Shown: piece by piece, positions 61,501 through 64,000 of the stretch
Position numbering within the stretch: position 1 is the stretch's first letter
How the letters are laid out: each line of letters opens with the position of its first letter
The notes under the pieces: model-generated
What the model was told of the DNA's origin: nothing
The model's input: the letters and a program-made list of their open reading frames with translations, nothing else
Databases searched by the model: none
NCBI GenBank assembly: GCA_902623215.1
Contig: CACNSS010000003.1
Span: 51,331-115,330, forward strand
Origin: an uncultured Pelagibacteraceae bacterium
GTDB lineage: Bacteria; Pseudomonadota; Alphaproteobacteria; Pelagibacterales; Pelagibacteraceae
Direction: 5' to 3'
Length of the DNA stretch: 64,000 nucleotides
Translations under genes and position numbers: made by a program

Positions 61501-62149
61501 AAGCCGCTATTTTCTTGCTGAACTATTAGGAAGTTGTTTTTTAGTAATGATTATTGTTGGTTCAGGTTTAATGGCTGAAAACTTAACTAATGATGTTGCT
61601 GTGATGTTAATAGCTAATACTATAGCAACAGGAGCAGGTTTATTTGTGCTTATTACAGTTTTTGCTGATGTATCAGGAGCTCACTTTAATCCATTTGTAA
61701 GTATCGCAATGGCAATAACGGGTAAATTAAAAAAGAAACTATTACCCTACTATATCATTGCTCAATTGGTTGGTTGCTTAATTGGTGTTGGTTTAGCTAA
61801 TTTCTTTTTTGAACATGAAGTTTATGAATTGTCTACTAAATCAAGAGATGGAATTTACATACTCACATCTGAGGTAATAGCAACATTAGGGCTTATAATT
61901 ATAATTTTTGGGTCTATGAAGTCGGGCAAAATTGCTGTTGCTGCTAGTGTTGGTCTTTATATTACTGCTGGTTATTGGTTTACTTCTTCAACTTCTTTTG
62001 CAAATCCTGCGGTTGCTATTGCCAGAACATTTACAGAATCTTTTACTGGTATTAGTTATTTAAATACTCCTTATTATATTTTAGCTGAGCTTATTGGAAT
62101 GTTAATTGCTGTACTTATTGTTAAAAAGTTATTTTTAGAAAAAAATTGA
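61490..62149 (+). CDS. MIP/aquaporin channel, arsenic-operon (AqpS-like) type
   Basis: SGAHFNPF and FANPAV loops, YWFTSSTSFANP signature; overlaps arsC. Confidence 0.88.
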   Translation: MKNKSRYFLAELLGSCFLVMIIVGSGLMAENLTNDVAVMLIANTIATGAGLFVLITVFADVSGAHFNPFVSIAMAITGKLKKKLLPYYIIAQLVGCLIGVGLANFFFEHEVYELSTKSRDGIYILTSEVIATLGLIIIIFGSMKSGKIAVAASVGLYITAGYWFTSSTSFANPAVAIARTFTESFTGISYLNTPYYILAELIGMLIAVLIVKKLFLEKN

Positions 62150-62637
62150 AAAATATAAAACTTACCAATCGAATAAGTTTAATTAACAAAAAATTTAAAA
62201 AAAAAGAGTTTTATCATTATCTTAAAACTTCTAATCTTTCATTAGTAATACCTAAGATTAAAGACAAATATGTAGTAGTTTCCCAAAAAAGAGTTCCAAT
62301 TAATAAAATTAACTACGAGTTTCCTTCTGGCATAGTGGAAAAAAAGGAAACAACTCTCCAATCAGCATATAAGGAATTAAGAGAAGAAACAGGATATAGA
62401 TCAAGATCAAAATTGAGTAAAATAATAACTTTTTATAATGAACCTGGAAGACTAACTACTAAAATTACTGGTTATTACACAGAAGACTTAATTAAAATTT
62501 CGAAACCAGAACAAGGTATTAGAATTCATCTTTTTAATCAAAGAGAGATATTTAAATTAATATTAAATCAAAAATTCAATAATAGTTCTCATATAGCAAT
62601 GTTTTTTTATTTAATAACAGTTCTTAAAAAACTATAA
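62146..62637 (+). CDS. NUDIX hydrolase (ADP-ribose pyrophosphatase-like)
   Basis: EFPSG..E..E....A.KELREETG Nudix box. Confidence 0.88.
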   Translation: MKNIKLTNRISLINKKFKKKEFYHYLKTSNLSLVIPKIKDKYVVVSQKRVPINKINYEFPSGIVEKKETTLQSAYKELREETGYRSRSKLSKIITFYNEPGRLTTKITGYYTEDLIKISKPEQGIRIHLFNQREIFKLILNQKFNNSSHIAMFFYLITVLKKL

Positions 62638-62716
62638 ACTAAAGGTTGTATCAAAATATCTTTTTTATTTAAGAATTATATGATTAAATCAAATATTAAA
62701 TAATTCGGAGGCAGTA

Positions 62717-62926
62717 ATGAGAAAAAAACTAAAAAAAAATGAAAAGAAAAAAACAAAGATATTAAAATCAATAGACAAACTTAAAAATAAAATTACAGCA
62801 AAAGAAAAAAAATTATCAAGCCTTAATATTAAAATTGCTGGTCTAGAAAAAAAGGTTGCAGAAAAAAAAGCAAAAAAGCTTGCTAAGAAAAATGCAGAGC
62901 AGTCTCCTGCATCTATAAATAATTAA
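62717..62926 (+). CDS. Lys-rich coiled-coil hypothetical protein
   Basis: Strong SD GGAGG 4 nt before ATG; heptad L/I pattern. Confidence 0.6.
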   Translation: MRKKLKKNEKKKTKILKSIDKLKNKITAKEKKLSSLNIKIAGLEKKVAEKKAKKLAKKNAEQSPASINN

Positions 62927-62937
62927 TTCCAAATCGT

Positions 62938-62971
62938 CTTTCTCCCTTCTCATTTAAGAGAAGGAAGAAAG
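62938..62971. terminator. Stem-loop between convergent genes (candidate terminator)
   Basis: CTTTCTCCCTTCTC-ATTTAA-GAGAAGGAAGAAAG; 14-bp stem, fully paired with one G-U on the minus strand; U-tract is weak. Confidence 0.55.
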
Positions 62972-63147
62972 TTGTTAATCATCAAAATTTAAATAGGGGA
63001 AGAAATAATGAATATTTAAACTTTGATAGTGCTTTATACATAAACTAAATTACAAAATTATTTACTTATTGTTAAAGTTAAATGAATTTAAATTAAAATA
63101 ATGTTACAAAAAAATATCACTCAATTAAAAATAGAATTAAATTTAAT

Positions 63148-64000
63148 TTATCTTGAATTATTTGAGTAAATTACTCTTGGTTCTAAAAATAATTCTCTAG
63201 CAAGAGCTTTAAATCTTTTAGTAACTTGTTTTGAGATTATTTCTTGATGTTGTGATGGAATTTTTAAAAATACAGCATTACCTCTTTTATACAATTTAAA
63301 CTCTTCAAGAAATATCGTAGATATCGAGGTCAATGATTGTGAAAATCTCAATGCTGCTCCAACTTGTTTGCTTGAAAAAATTTCATTATTATTTAAAAAA
63401 GTTAGATACTCCATCTTTGGATTATACTTGATACTACAGTACCGCCAATAACATGACAAAGCTAATTGTATTCTTTCTTTATGAGTCAATCTAAGTAAAG
63501 GAGTATTTATTGTTTCTTGAAATACCAATTCAGCTTTTTGAAATGCTCCTAATCCCCAATCCATATGACTTAATACACATGCCAGATATAATAATTTCTT
63601 ATTAAAATGTTCATTGCCTTCAAAAACTGGCTGAATAAAATCATAATATTTTTTATAGTTCGATCCTAGATCACCTCTTTTTTTTGCAATATTCTCAAGT
63701 GCTTTATGAAAAATTTCTGATTCTTTTACATCTTTAAAATAGTCAATTGATAAAGAACCTTCACGCAAACCGCTTATAGAACAAATTATATTTCTTGGAT
63801 TTGTAACTCTCATAATTTCATCAAGTATAATGCAACTATAAGGTAAATACGCTGTTCTAGATTTTGAAATATACTCAACTGTTTTAAGTTTAGATTTATT
63901 AAAAGATGAAATTTTTTCAACAAACTTAGATAAAACATTGTTATCAATACTATATTGATGAATTATATGTACCGGATGATTATTTTGAAAAAGATGTAAT
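63148..64000 (-). CDS. ppx: Exopolyphosphatase Ppx/GppA family (5' part outside window)
   Basis: Frame open to window end: HPVHIIHQY...SRTAYLPY..IILDEI...S.SGLREG, followed by HD-like C-terminal region. Confidence 0.85.
   Translation of the reverse strand, partial: LHLFQNNHPVHIIHQYSIDNNVLSKFVEKISSFNKSKLKTVEYISKSRTAYLPYSCIILDEIMRVTNPRNIICSISGLREGSLSIDYFKDVKESEIFHKALENIAKKRGDLGSNYKKYYDFIQPVFEGNEHFNKKLLYLACVLSHMDWGLGAFQKAELVFQETINTPLLRLTHKERIQLALSCYWRYCSIKYNPKMEYLTFLNNNEIFSSKQVGAALRFSQSLTSISTIFLEEFKLYKRGNAVFLKIPSQHQEIISKQVTKRFKALARELFLEPRVIYSNNSR

Overview
AT-rich, very gene-dense alphaproteobacterial chromosome segment. Protein sequences, gene order and near-zero spacers fit Candidatus Pelagibacter (SAR11). 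Most of it is core genome: bamE/cbp3, rpmF-plsX-ihfA-merR-rpmG, ctaA, metY, rplM-rpsI-argC-hom, glpX, sbmA, nhaA, the rarD-mltB-dacA-tmk-holB-metG-tatD cluster, recG, tgt, coaD, gyrA (split by a 1-nt homopolymer frameshift), ssb/uvrA, secDF-yajC, serS, tatABC, scpAB, nagZ, argS, dgt, erpA and xth, plus four tRNAs (Glu, Pro, Ser, Lys). The right end holds a Zur-controlled zinc cluster (znuA-COG0523 GTPase-WD40-small Cys/His protein, divergent from znuCB-zur, with tandem Zur boxes), an arsC-aquaporin-NUDIX unit and a partial ppx. The most unusual locus is 11.8-14.1 kb, where gene orientation switches from mostly + to mostly -. It contains a lone Cre-like tyrosine recombinase whose promoter overlaps a 14-7-14 lox/dif-like inverted repeat, a partial copy of that site exactly 300 bp away, a GC-rich C4/CI-like structured RNA with a terminator directly ahead of a short ogt, short complements of the RNA's unpaired segments downstream, and a 463-bp non-coding spacer. 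I infer, without being able to test it, a domesticated phage-type module that may act as a single-recombinase terminus (dimer resolution) system with RNA-based attenuation. All calls come from reading the sequence by eye; no searches were run.
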